Shown here: piece after piece, positions 24,826 through 40,165 of the stretch
Layout of the letters: each line of letters opens with the position of its first letter
How positions within the stretch are numbered: position 1 is the first letter of the stretch
Assembly (NCBI RefSeq): GCF_009914755.1
Contig: NC_060936.1
Strand: one strand, 5' to 3'
Length of the DNA stretch: 64,000 bases
Source of the DNA: the human T2T-CHM13v2.0 reference genome, Homo sapiens
Notes under the pieces: generated by a model
Told to the model about the DNA's origin: nothing
Seen by the model: only the letters and a program-made list of their open reading frames with translations
Database searches by the model: none
Made by a program: the position numbers and the translations under genes

Positions 24826-27823
24826 TATAATGACCTTTATCTCTTGTAGGAAGTTTTGACTCTTTCATCTGATACTAGAATAGCCACCCCCACTCTTTTT
24901 TGGTTACCACTTACATGGACTATATTTTTTCCAACTTTTCACTCTCAGTCTATTTGCATATTTAGATATAAAGTGAGTCTGTTGTAGACAATATATAGTA
25001 GAATCATTTAAAAAAAATCAATTTGCCAATGTCTGTCTTTTGACTGAAGATTTTAATCCATTACATTTAAAGTAATTACTCATAAGGAAAAACTTACTTC
25101 TACCATTGTTATATATATTTTTTATATAGTTTATATCTTTTTTGTTCCTATGTTCCTCCTTATTGCCTTCTTATGGTTTAATTGATATTTTGCAGTGAAC
25201 CGTTTTGATGCCCTTCTCATTTTCTTTTCTGTATTTTTAAAGATATTTTCTTAGTATTTACTAGGAGCATTACATTAACATCCTAAATTTATAAAAATTT
25301 AGTTTGAATTTATATCAATTTAGCTTTAATACCATACAAAAACTGTTTCTATACAGCACTTCTCCTGTCTATGTTATTATTGTCACAATGTATTGTCTTA
25401 ATACATTGTGCACCATCAATACAGATTTATACTTACTGCTTTCTTTGTTTACCTAAAAAATTCTGTAGCATTGAGTCTCTTAGTATGACTTTGAGTTACT
25501 ATCTAGTGTCTTCATTTTTGCCTGAAATACTCTCTTAAGCAGATTCGTAGGACAATCTACTAATGAAAAACTTCCTCAGCTTTTGTTTATCTCAAAATAT
25601 CTTAATTTTTTTCTTATTTTTGAAGGATAGTTTGCCAGATATAAAATTATTGGCTAACAATCTTTCCCACCTCACCCTTTTTTTCAGCACTTTAAACATG
25701 CCATCTTGTTGTCTTATGGCCTCCTTGGTTTCTAATGAGAAACTGGGTGTTTCTGTTATTTGAGAATCTCTCATAGTTATTTCTCTCCTCTCTTTGTCTT
25801 TGTCTTTGTCTTTTGACGGTTTGATTACAATGGGTCTTGGATGCCTTAGCATATATCCTTGTCATTCATTGGGTTTCTCTCAATGAAACACTTGTCTTGT
25901 GTAAACCCTTGTCTTTTATCAAATTTGGGAAGTCTTTAGCCATTATTATTCAAATATCCTTTGTTCCTCTTTCTTTCTTCCCTCTCCTTTGGGACTCCCA
26001 CTGCACATATGACATTTTAAGGTGTTCCACAGGTCTCCCTGGCTCTGTTCATCCTTCTATATCCTTTTTTACTTCCTGCAACTCAGACTGGATAATGTCA
26101 ATTGACTTATTTTCAAGTTAATTGATTCTTTCTTCTGCCTGCTCAAATCTGCTATTGAAATCTTGTCATAAAATTTTCATTTTATTTATTTTACTTTTAA
26201 ACTCTAGAATTTCTCCCTGGTTCCACTTTATATTTCCTCTTTACTGACATCCTTTATTTGTTAAGATATCCTTCTCTTGGTATCCTTTGGCTCTTTTTCC
26301 ATGTCTTAAAAAAATCTGTTTATATTTAAGACAGTTGGTTTAAAGTTTTTATCTGGTTTGACATGAACTGAAGTACAATGCCTGTGCTTCCTCAGGGGCA
26401 GTTTCTGTGGCTTTCTCCCATTCATGGTCCATACTTTCTTCTTTCCTGCAGGCTTAATCATTTTGTTGTTATTGAAAACTGGACATTTTGAATATTAAAA
26501 TGTAGTGATTCTGGGCATCAGATTCCTCCCCTTCCTCAGAATTTGTTTTTGTTGCTTGCTGTGGATTGTAGCTGTTGATTTGTTTAGTGCCTTTTCTAAA
26601 CTATTTGTGTACATTCTGTAGTCTTTGTAATGTGTTGCCTCTGAAGTCTCTTTCTTCAACTTGTGTTTGGCTAGTATTTTGAAAGAAATTTCCTTAAGCC
26701 TTAGGAACTCCCTCCCTCAAAGAAGAAAGAAAGAAGGAAAAAAGAAAGAAAAGAAAAGTACACAAATTATCCCCGTCTTTTCAGATTGGCTCTGTATTGG
26801 AACATACTTTTAAGGTGTAGTCAGGCCATTTACAAATTAGCCTTAGCTTTCACTTCCTGTTTGTTCCAAGCCTAAATATTAGCCAGAGTTAAAAACTTAT
26901 GAAGACCATAAATTAACAACTTATAGTCTTTTCTGATCATGCATCCTAACCTGGGAATGCACATGGACTAAATTCCCAAGTATATATGATGGCTTTTGAA
27001 TGCCCTAATTTCCCAAAGAAACTCTCTCCTTAGCTTGTCCTCTCAGGCTTCCTACACATTTACCATTTGCCTCAACTGTATCTTTCATCCTAGCCAACAG
27101 TCAGTTGTTCATTTGCTTTATAATGTTTTGAAGAAATGTACTCTGAGTAGCTACTTTTCTGCCCAGTTCCAATTTGGGCATAATAAAGACAAGCACCCTG
27201 GTCATTCCTTCGGGTAGCCCCCAGACAAGTTAAAACAGACAAACATAATTCTTTGACAGTAAGGTCTACTCTGCATCCCTTAAAACCAGAACCATGGTCC
27301 CACCCTTGGAAGACAGCTGTCATTTTCAAGACCACCACCAAGCAGAGAAAGAGGGTGGGGCAGGGCAAGGAAACAGTCACAAAGCTTTCCTACCATTCTA
27401 AAGTTGCTTTTACAAAATTTCGCATTTGATTAATTGTTATAAACCTTTGACTATTTCCCAGAGCTCTGAAAATGTTGAGTGTGCCCATTTTTGCTTGATC
27501 TTTCAAAGCTGCTGTAGGGAGACAGGTCCTTGGAATTACCTGCTTCATCAATTTCACTGATATTCACCCCCAAAGAACTAATATTTATTGTATGCTCAGG
27601 GGTCCTTCTCTACCTCAGTTACTGTGTGGTGCTGAAACAAACTCAAGGATGCCTACAAGTTCAGATACAGAAGCCTACTTCTCTTACACCAAATGGCCCT
27701 ATATACTTAAGATTTATGTGTGTTTGTGAGTGACTTTTGGAGTTCATTATCTTTTTTCTGTGTTAACATCCATCTTTACAGCAGTATGTAATGGGCTTCT
27801 CTAAAAGCTCTTTTGTTCTCCCA

Positions 27824-27933
27824 CTAGGATGACCAGCTGTTCCTGTTTGCTGGCATCCACGCGGTTTCCTGGGATGCAGGACTTTCAGTACTAAAATCAG
27901 AATCTTAGGCTAACCAGGATGGTGGTCACATTA
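27824..27933. mobile_element. MER81-like hAT-Blackjack MITE
   Basis: TAGGATGACCA...GGACTTTCAGTACTAAAA...TGGTCACATTA degenerate TIRs. Confidence 0.75.
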
Positions 27934-27945
27934 GTTCCCACCTGA

Positions 27946-27946
<1 letters not shown>

Positions 27947-27986
<40 letters not shown>
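27947..27986 (+). repeat. (CA)20 microsatellite
   Basis: Perfect CA run. Confidence 0.97.
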
Positions 27987-27989
<3 letters not shown>

Positions 27990-28309
27990 CTATAATGTGT
28001 TGCTTTTGATATAAGTAGTTCATCAAGCTGATTAGAAGTTCAGCCAATTTCAGGCTCTTGGCTGTGTTTCAGATGTATGTGTGCATTACCTAAGTGACCT
28101 TCAAAATTACTTTCATGTAAAGGATAGAATACTGCAAATAATAATTTGCATATGCCTTCTATAGAAATGCAGACCCTTGATTATTTTAAATTTCCTATTA
28201 GAGTTTAATTTTGTTTACTTTTCCTGAAGGCCATCCATTCATCTACCCTCACTTTCATCCCAACATTACTGGCTCTAGAACACTCTACAATAATGAATTC
28301 TGACTCTAG

Positions 28310-28517
28310 AACAGAGGTTCTCAATGGGAGGTGGGCAGTTTTGTCCCCCAGGGAATCTTTGGCACTCTTGGTTGTCACAGCTTGGGGGAAAGCACTACTG
28401 GCATCTAGTGGGTGGAGGCCAAGGATGCTGCTTGACATCCTACAATGCACAGAACAGACCCCACCATGATCATCTAGCCTCAAATTCCATAGTGCCGAGG
28501 GTGAGAAACTCTGCTTT
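28310..28517. mobile_element. MER20 hAT-Charlie
   Basis: CAGAGGTTCTCAA...TTTTGTCCCCCAGGG...CTACTGGCATCTAGTGGGTGGAGGCCAAGGATGCTGCT...TGAGAAACTCTG. Confidence 0.9.
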
Positions 28518-28579
28518 AGAAGAGTACATGATGATATAAGTAAGGTCAGCAAGACAGTTACAATAGACTTTAAAAGACT

Positions 28580-28867
28580 GGCCAGGCACAGTGGCTCATG
28601 CCTGTGATCCCAGCACTATGGTATCACAGGAGCTGGGGCAGGCAGATCACTTGAGGACAGGAGTTCGAGACCAGCCTGGCCAACATGGTAAAACCCTGTC
28701 TCTACTAAAAATAAAAAAATTAGCCAGGCGTGATGGCACCTGCCTGTAATTCCATATATTTGGGAGGCTGAGGCAGGAGAATTGCTGGACTTGGGAAGCA
28801 GAGGTTGCAGTGAGCCATGATTGCGCCACTGCACTCCAGCCTGGGCAACAGAGCCACCATCTCAAAA

Positions 28868-28906
<39 letters not shown>

Positions 28907-28907
28907 A
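28580..28907 (+). mobile_element. Alu (old S/J) with (AAAT)n tail
   Basis: Full dimer; tail about 10 AAAT units. Confidence 0.95.
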
Positions 28908-29986
28908 GCTCTATGGAAATGTTTTCCCTTGTGTTTTAGCTTGTTCCATGTGAAGCAACCTTTCTGCTCAGATATTCCCTGGCCTGCAATAGAAGCTCCA
29001 GTTTGGGCTTTGGAAACTCAAGTCTCAGGTACATTGAGGTCCAAATCACTTGCCACTTCTTTCGTTTACCAGAACCTTTTGTTGCAACAAAAGAGTAGGA
29101 GGCATACACCATGTGTTTTTCATTCATTTATGCTGAAATCATTGTAACGTTTCATTTTTTATGAGCCATTTGATGTCCAAAAAGCCTTTTGAATCACATT
29201 TATAACCCTATAAAAAACTCATTCCTCTTCGAAACAGGAAGCCACTTTGTGAGCAGAGTAAACACACTCAAACCCTGGAAGGTGGGAGTTGAGAGGCTGC
29301 AAATGCCTCTGGGAGCCTCTGCCAGGGGTGAAATGCCTTGACTGCCCCTGAGGGAACCTCCTTGTGGCCCTGGCAGGTCAGAGGGGCCTTCTCGGCTAAG
29401 TCAGAAAGCAGAGGCCTGAATGGGCTCTCCAGGGTGGCCTTTGTAAAGGTCTTTTGCCAATAGGCAACTCTCCTTGGACAAACACTTGTGGTTGGTGACC
29501 CTCTTTGCAGGAGAAAGTGTGCTTGGCTGATTCTGGGCCCTCTCTCTGCATTTCCTCGAGATGCTCATCCTCTACAGGCCTCTGTCCTCTCATGTATACA
29601 GTGAAAAGCTTGGACCAGGTGATCTCCAGTGGCCTTTCCAGCTCTTGTGAGCTAGGCCTCTCTTTAGATCTCAGAGGATTGCTTCAGACACAGAAAATTC
29701 ATGGCACGCTCAGTACCACTCTCCCATTCAGCATCCATGACAGACATCACTAGTTGATAACAATAGCCTTTTCCACTGCCCTCAGGTATGAATTCGAAAA
29801 TCTCTTTTGACAGAGTTCTTCAGGGAGGCTCTTACAATTGTGTAGCATTGGCAGCACACACAAGAAAATGGACCAATCTACCAACCACAGACCAGGTAAT
29901 AATAAAGAGTGTAATATCAGTTTCTCTAGAGCAGAGGATTTAGCCAAGACCCGAGTGCATAAACTTAGGAAATAAAATGCAAAGTA

Positions 29987-30353
<367 letters not shown>

Positions 30354-30971
30354 TCACTTGCTGCGTGACCTACAGTAGGTGATTGACTTCTCCCAGTCTT
30401 GGTTTTATGACCTATCAAAGGGTATATAATAAAGCCCACCTTCTTATTTTAGTTTCTTTCTTTGCCTTCCTTGTTTATTCAGTGTTTTTTTAATAGTTGA
30501 CAAAGTGTATTCACATTCATCACAGTAATGACAATGTCCTATATCTTTAATGCTAAGACACACTGCTTTTCATATTCTCTTGTTTCTGAAACCAAGATGA
30601 GTCTTACAATCATTGTGCACAGTTAAGGCACCCAAGTTTCCTATTTTCCTCCATAAAACAAAAGTAATTTTTAAATCCATGACATTTTAGAACATAGTAT
30701 ATTTCTAACAGCAACCCAAGTACGTCACAATAGCCTATAGAGTAAGTGTTATTCACATTATACATATCAACATCTTAACATTCTCCTTCTAGAGATGCAG
30801 AAACTGAGACTCTAAAAGGTTCTCTTGCTCAAGGTCAGAAGGCAGATAAAGGACAGAGTTGGGATTCGAACTGTGCGCTTTCTGATACCAAGCTTGCTCT
30901 CCTTACCAACTTTCTCAGTTTGACCTCACATAACCTTGTGATGGGGCAAGAGACACCCTGCTCTTTTTCAG

Positions 30972-31083
30972 GTGCAACCATGGATACCAGGACCATAAAG
31001 TGCCTTTGTCTTGGGGTCACTTCGAGAAAACATTGTAGATCCAGGGGCTCTGAGCTGAAGAGGAAAAACCATCATAGTGTTCT
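30972..31083 (+). other. Candidate exon (112 nt)
   Basis: ctgctctttttcag acceptor, TCT/gtaagt donor, internal CAACCATGG. Confidence 0.25.
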
Positions 31084-31710
31084 GTAAGTTATGGATGTTA
31101 ATCTCCCATTGATTGTTGGCTCCTATGCTGAGGACTGCTGCATCCTTCCGAAGTTTTAAGAGGCCCAAGGGAGCCGGGGAGGAAAGAAGCTTCAACTCGT
31201 TAGAAAGTTTAAAAAGATGTATTTTCCCAGGGAGACTTCAGCAGATGGTCTGTGACATTTGTTCATTCATTCAAGAGGCAGCTATTGAAAGCCTAGTCAG
31301 GTTCAAGACACTTGGGTGAGTACTGAGCTCAGAGGGGTGGGGGTGGCAGGTAGACGGCACATGAACTTATGAAGTAGCAGTGAAACAAGTTGAAAGGGTA
31401 CCAGCTTGGGAATCAGTCTCAACTTGAGTTGAAGGCTAGTTTTGCTACTCTCTAGCTGTGTGACTATGGGTACATGACTTCACTTCTCTGTGCCTGGATT
31501 TTTTTATTTGTAAAATGGGGATGGTGATAGAAGGCTACTCATGGGCTAGTCGTGTGGCTTACTTAAAAACATGTGTGTAAGACGCTGAGCTTATTGTCTT
31601 GCACATAATAAGCACTCCATAAATATAGGCTGAAACCATTTATTTATTCAACAAATTTACTGAGCTTCTACTGCACACCAGGCACTGTTCTTAGCACTAG
31701 ATAATAATGC

Positions 31711-32135
31711 TGATATAGCCTGGATGTTTGTCCCCTCCAAATCTCATGTTGAAATAGGATCCCCAGTGTTGGGGATGGGGCCTGGTTGGAAGTGTTAGGA
31801 TCATGGGGCCGGATCTCTCATGAATGGCTTGGGGCTCGCAGTAATAAGTGGGGTCTATGGGTTCACGTGTGAGAGCCATTTGCTTAAAGGATCCTGGTAC
31901 CTCCTCCTCTGTCTTGCACCCTTCTCTCTGGCTCCCTCTCTCACCATGTGACATATCTGCTTCCCCTTTGCCTTCTGCCATGACTAAAAACTTCCTGAGA
32001 CCTCACTAGAAGCTGAGCAGATGCTGGTGCCATGCTTGTACAGCCTGCAGATCCATAAGCCAAATAAACCTCTTTTCTTTATCAATTACCCAGTTTCAGG
32101 TGTTCCTTTATAGCAACACAAAGTGGACTAACACA
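31711..32135 (+). mobile_element. MSTB-like solo LTR
   Basis: TGATATAGCCTGGATGTTTGTCCCCTCCAAATCTCATGTTGAAAT...AATAAACCTCTTTTCTTTATCAATTACCCAG...GGACTAACACA. Confidence 0.9.
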
Positions 32136-32614
32136 AACATCAATGATTATTATTGCCTCAGGGCAACCTACAGATCTAATCTCCTTAGACTTCACTGAGG
32201 TATCATGCAAACTGAGTTGGTTCTCAGTCCAGGAGGTGTGTGTGATGGAGTTACCAAGCAGAGGCACCTGAGAATCTTGAATTCCCCAGCTGGAGAAGGT
32301 GGCCCCACTGCTGAGTAGAGGAGTGGGTTTGTGGATTCCTAGAGAGAAAAAAGGGGATGAGGCATATCATACCCTATTTCAAGGGCTGTTCAAATCACTT
32401 GTTCCTCTCAGTTTTCAATACTTAGAGTCTTTTTTTGATTGAAATACAAAGAAGGGATGGTGGACTGTGCGGGATAAGGCCACAGCCTGGGGCAGGAGGT
32501 CCTTCAATCCACTTTTAGCTCTGGTTTTGCATCCTCAGTCTTCCACATCTGCATCTGGTCCCATCTTGATGAAGTGTGTTCTTATTTTGAATTTGGACTT
32601 GCTCCCTCCTGACC

Positions 32615-32742
32615 AGTGGTGATGATCACCACATTGATGTTGCAGATAATGATGAGGACATTGATGTTGTAATAGATGATAAAGATGATATTGTTATAGA
32701 TGATGATGATGATGATGATGAAGATGATGCTGATGGTGATCA
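32615..32742 (+). repeat. Degenerate (GAT)n repeat at a MIR end
   Basis: GATGATGAT runs. Confidence 0.85.
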
Positions 32743-33242
32743 ATTGCCATGGACCAGATGCATATCAACGCAATTTTACATATGTTCTTCCTAACCCTTG
32801 TAACAACTCTGCAAATTAGGCCTTACTGTTGCATGTGGTAAAGCAGAAATATGAAGCTAAGAAAGGAGATGTGACTGTTCCAAGGCCACGTCACTAGGAA
32901 AAGACATAGCTACTTGCATACCTAAGACTCTCACTCCAAACCACTCGTTGGACCACTAAAATTCTAATATTGTATAGTGTTTGCTAGACAATCTTTTCAG
33001 AGCTTTCCATGTTTTATCTCATTTAAACCCTACTAACTCTTTGAGTTAGGTACTGATACCATTTCTATTTCAAAGCTGCAGAAAAAGAGGCAGAAATGCA
33101 TGTAAATTGGCCATGGTGAGATAGCTGGTCAGTGGTGGGTCGTAGATGTCTACCTAAGCAATCTGACTACAGAGTCTGTACTTTTCATATTTTTATTTTA
33201 AAATTACTATGTCTTTAAACCATGTGCAGTACTATGTTTTTA

Positions 33243-33552
33243 AGCCATGTGCAGTGGCTTATGACTGTAATCTCAGCACTTTAGGAGGCCGAGGTGAGAG
33301 GATCATTTGAGCCCAGGAGTTCGAGACCAGCCTGGGCAACATGGCGAAATCCCATCTCTACCAAATAAATAAATAAATAAATAAATAAATAAAACAATTA
33401 GCCTGTAATCCCAGCAACTTGGTAGGCTGAAGTGGGAGGATTGCTTGAGCCTGGGAGGTTGAGGCTGCAGTGAACCCAGTCAAACCACTGCACTCCAGCC
33501 TGGGAAACAGAGCAAGACCCTGTCTCAAATAAATAAGTAATATGCAAATAAA
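33243..33552 (+). mobile_element. AluJ with (AAAT)n in the central linker
   Basis: GAGCCCAGGAGTTCGAGACCAGCCTGGGCAACAT; GGGAGGATTGCTTGAGCC. Confidence 0.92.
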
Positions 33553-35869
33553 ATAATGATGTCTTTATTTTTATGGATGTCTAATGTATATACAGCAACG
33601 CGCACACATGTTATGCGTCATGGTTAATTTCATGCATGTGCGCATCTACTCTAAACAAGTCAGCTTTTAACCCACTAAGCCATGCTGACCTAATCCCCAG
33701 AGTTCAGTGTTGTCTTGGGATTGTCGGACACAATTTAACACACCCAGATTTATCTTCTACACATATTCGTTATGTTAATATGCAGTCATATGACACTTAC
33801 TATGTTTCAGACAATGCTCCAAGCAACTTACATATATGAACTCGTGTTAGCGCTATAAGGTTGCTACTATTCCTATAATCATTCCCATTCTCTAGGTGTG
33901 AAAACTGAGCTGTGGAAAAGTTAAGTGACTTACCTAAGATTACACAACTGTTGAGTCTAATTCACACAACTGTGAATTAAACCTGGAAAGTCTGGCTCAA
34001 AGTCCTTCAAATGCTTCCTTAAATACACACATAATTTCGACCAAGAAAGTGCTGTTATCAATCCTACTTTATAGACCCAACAAGGTTAAAATAACTTCCA
34101 CAAATACCTCCGCTAATAAGTCACAAACCTCTACTGAGATCTTTACTGATTTCCAAGTGTGTGCACTCCACTACCGTGGTGAAAAAAGTCTGAACATCTT
34201 TGCTGTGGATGGGAATTATTGATGTACTTTTTTATCCCCTTCTGGGAATCCCAAGTTTATGCAGAGTAGGAGTCCACCTTATTGGGTCTTTGCCATCTGC
34301 AGTTACTGGTCCTGCACCACACACTCTAGTGAAGCCTGGGAGAGGAAGGAAGGCTCTAGAAGAAACGTGCTTGCTGTTCAGGGAAGCAGACCCCTGGCAC
34401 CACTTTGCTGAGGCCATGACCAAATAAATGCTTGTCTGTCTCCCCACCTCACTTCTATACACCCCCCTAAGCGCCTGGGTCTACCTTTCCCTAGCATTTC
34501 CTGGGGGAATAGTAAATCATGAGTTTCCCATTTTCCTCCATCTCGAAAGGATATGAATTCTGTAAATCTTGGCCTGAGTGACCATCAGGATGCATAAAAT
34601 ATGACAGGAAAGAGGCCAGGGAGGCAGCGTTTGTGTAGAGCACAGCGTCCAGCAGTGGGGATGGGCAGACTGGGGGTCCTTGGGGACCCCTTGGGCTGGA
34701 GTTTTGCTGCAGAGAGAAGCCTCAGCAAAGCAACCTCTGTCTGTAATAGATGGTTATGGCCACTTCCATGCCAAGGTCTCAGGGGCATTGCCACAATATG
34801 GGACAGAAGTGACAAACTGCAGAAAATCGAAGTGGCCCCTGCCCTGCCCCTCACTGTTGGCCCTTGATTCCCAAGAGTGAAAGGAGGGAAGGGAGACCCA
34901 TTCATTAGGGCTGACAGGGCAGCAGGAAGGACTTAGCTGTGATGGGAGGAAGAACTTCCTGCAAGGAAAGGTTATTAAGCCCTGGAATGAGTTATTGAGA
35001 GAGGTGGTGGAAGTAACTTCCTGATTTTGTGATCAAGATGGATAGTTATTGGTCTCGGGGAATCCAGCTCAGCCTCCCGGCATGGATTCCTGACCCCTTT
35101 AGGGAGATCACGCATCAGCAGCATCTGCCTCCAGTCATTTGCAAATGCTCAGCGATGATAAAACCCCCCTTTGACAACCCCCCTCTGCTTTTACTTCTTT
35201 CATTTATTTATTTTTTTCTATAAAATTATTACACGTTCACTGCAAATAAAGAAATCCAAATGCTCTAGGCAAGAAAAAAAAGTGAAAAAGAAAATTTCTC
35301 TTTTACTTCTCTCAGCAAATCCCACGGTGCTTTCTATAGACAACTACTGTTAAGATTTTGGGGTCAATCTTAATAGACTTCTTTTCTGAATGCATATTCA
35401 CACAAACACGTGTACACAGTGATCTTTGTACAATTTTTATGTTTAAGCATAGATGGGTACATACTACATGCATTGTTCTGATATTTCCATTTTCTTCTGT
35501 TAATATCATGGGCATCTTTCCATGTCAGTACATATATTTCATTCTCATTTTTTAGACAGTTACTTCATATTTCATAATATGGATATGCCATAATTCATTT
35601 AAGCATTTCTCCATTGATTTACTTACAGATTGCTTTCCAAATTTTGTGAATGCGAAAATGCTGCAATACACTGCTATTACTTGGATCGCTGTACATATAA
35701 CGACATTTCTTTAGAAGAGAGTTCTAGAAATGAAACTGCCAGAGCAGAAAGGATTTTCAATGCTGTCAGATAGAATGTAACTGCTCTTTAGAATGAGGTA
35801 AAGAGCTTATTCCTATTGTTAGTGAGGGTGTAGGGAAAATGATTCAACCTTCACCAACAATGGTTATAG

Positions 35870-36452
<583 letters not shown>

Positions 36453-36504
36453 TGTCTTTCAGACTATCTTACATGTTGGAAAGATTTTCTTCCACCCTAT
36501 GCTT

Positions 36505-36828
36505 TCTTTTATTTTCTGTCTTTTCTTTTCTCTTTTATTCCTTTTTGAGACAGGGTCTCACTCTCTCACCCAGGCTGAAGTACAGTGGCACTATCATAAC
36601 TCACTGTAACCTTGACCTCCTGGGCTCAAGAGATCCTCCCACCTCAGCCCCTTAAGTAGCTGGGACTACAGGTGTGCACCACCATGTCTGGTTAATTAAA
36701 AAAAAAATTTGTAGAGACGGGGTCTCAGTATGTTGCCCAGGCTGGCCTTGAACTCCTGGGCTCAAATGATCCTCCCACCTCAGCCTCCCAAAGTTTGGGA
36801 TTATAGGCGTGAGCCTCCATGCACTGCC
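36505..36828 (-). mobile_element. AluJ
   Basis: CTCCTGGGCTCAAGAGATCCTCCCACCTCAGCC in both arms. Confidence 0.92.
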
Positions 36829-37619
36829 CTATGCTTTATTTTCTTTGTATTCCTTTTATTAGTTAATTCTTCTGCATAAAAACTATATTAAAATATGTTT
36901 TGCTATAACTTGTTAACTAAAACAATTTGTGTTTATTGTAGAAAATGTAAAAAATAAATAAAATGGACAAAAGACAATATAAATACACAACACTATTGAA
37001 CTGTATGCTTAAAATAGTTAAGATAGTCAATTTAACGTTATGTGTATATTATCACAATTTGAAAAATAGGACAAAAGAAAAAAATCACAATTTTACTTCC
37101 TAGGAAAAACAGTTCTTTCTCCTGGAGAAAGAACCTTCTTTCTCTGCATTGATAATGATGAATTGACTAGTTTCTAACCTTTTAACCTTTTACTACTTGC
37201 TGTGTCATGCCTATGTTTTAACATAAAAAAGCCAACATGATTGTTGATGGCTATGTGGTATTATGTGGTACTAATAAAACTAGTATGATAGTTTTTATTG
37301 AGTGGGTACTGTCAGACACTGAGCTAGACCCTTTTCAGGTATGCTCTCATTTAATCCTAACAATACAAAATACAAGACGGTTGCTATTATTAAAGCACTT
37401 TCTCAGATGAGAAAACTGGTGCTTATAGAGGTCAAGTCATTCACAGCTGGCAGACAAGAGGTGAACTTGAATGCAGCCCCCACACGCTCATGATATTCTT
37501 TCTAGTGTCAGGGGCTATGTGGTACCTAACCCATCCTCAATTCTTGAAAAGTTGGCTGCTCCCAGTGTCCCGTTCATCCTACCAATTGTAAATCATCCTG
37601 TAATTCATTCCTTCATTCC

Positions 37620-37886
37620 TTTTTCTTTCTTAGACGCAGGGTCTTACACTGTTGTCCAGGCTGGAATGCCTGGACTCAAGCAATCCTCCAGCCTCAACCT
37701 CCTGAGTAGCTGGGACTATAGGCATGCACCACCACACCTGGATAATTTTTCAATTTTTTTTGTGTGTAGATACAGGATCTAGCTATGCTGCCCAGCCTGG
37801 TATCAAACTTCCGGCCTCGAGCGATCCTCCCACCTTGGCTTACCAAAGTGATGAGATTACAGGCATGAGCCACTCTATGCCCGGAC
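37620..37886 (-). mobile_element. AluJ with internal deletion
   Basis: Alu dimer, diverged. Confidence 0.88.
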
Positions 37887-38114
37887 CCCATTCCTTCTTA
37901 TTATCATCTTACCCATTTTATGTTCTTGACTGTCCCTCCTTTTCCTGCCTTTTCAACACTCATAACCCCATGCGGGGAAGCATAGTACAGGTAAGAGCAT
38001 AGAATCCTCACATCTGAGGCCTGGCTCCATGCTTTTCTACCTGTGCAGCCTATAGCTAGATATCTAAAATCTCTTCATCTTAATATCCCCACCTGCACAG
38101 TGGAGGTGATATTA

Positions 38115-39506
<1,392 letters not shown>

Positions 39507-39994
39507 TCAAAATAACCTTTTAGAGCACTAAAACATAAGGTTACCCATCGGTAAAAATTGATGATGATTTCCTTCATACACTCAAAAGATTGCCCCTTGT
39601 GGTCACCTCCCACCCCTGCTCTGCTGAGCCTTAATCCCCCATCACCTCCTTCTGCTCCAAGATCCTTCTTACCTTTTGGTTTGCTCTCAGAGGTCATCTT
39701 GCAGCCTGCTTCAGGGAGAACATGGAAACCACGACTTCTTGGCTCAACTTCCTCCTTTTCTACTCCAATCCTACTATGAACCATAACTAAAATTTCAAAA
39801 TTTCGCCTCTTCTTTCTCCCAAAACAAAAGGGAAGTCCCTCTCCAGTCCAAGATGACTCCCTTTATTTGAATATCAACCCAACTCACCACTTTTAGGGAC
39901 CTCTCAACAACTTCTACACGACTTTTTAAAAATTGTGTTCTGTAAAATACAAGGACCCTGTAATATGTCAACAGAGGCTCGGAAGGGGAAACAT

Positions 39995-40165
39995 GTCTGT
40001 GTATGTGTGTTTGTATGTAAGTATGTATCTATCCATCTATGTGTCTAACTATCATCTATCTGCCTGTTCACTCACCCGTCCATTCATCCATTCATCCACC
40101 CATGCATCCCATTATCTATCTGCCTACCTACCTACCTATCATCTGTCTTTCTATTATCTTCTGTG
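39995..40165 (+). repeat. Degenerate (TCTA/TCCA/CCTA)n low-complexity tract
   Basis: Visible tetranucleotide periodicity. Confidence 0.8.

Noticed and set aside
29727-29748. Second RE1-like sequence TTCAGCATCCATGACAG
   Set aside because: Half-site spacing is disrupted and the core GG is missing.
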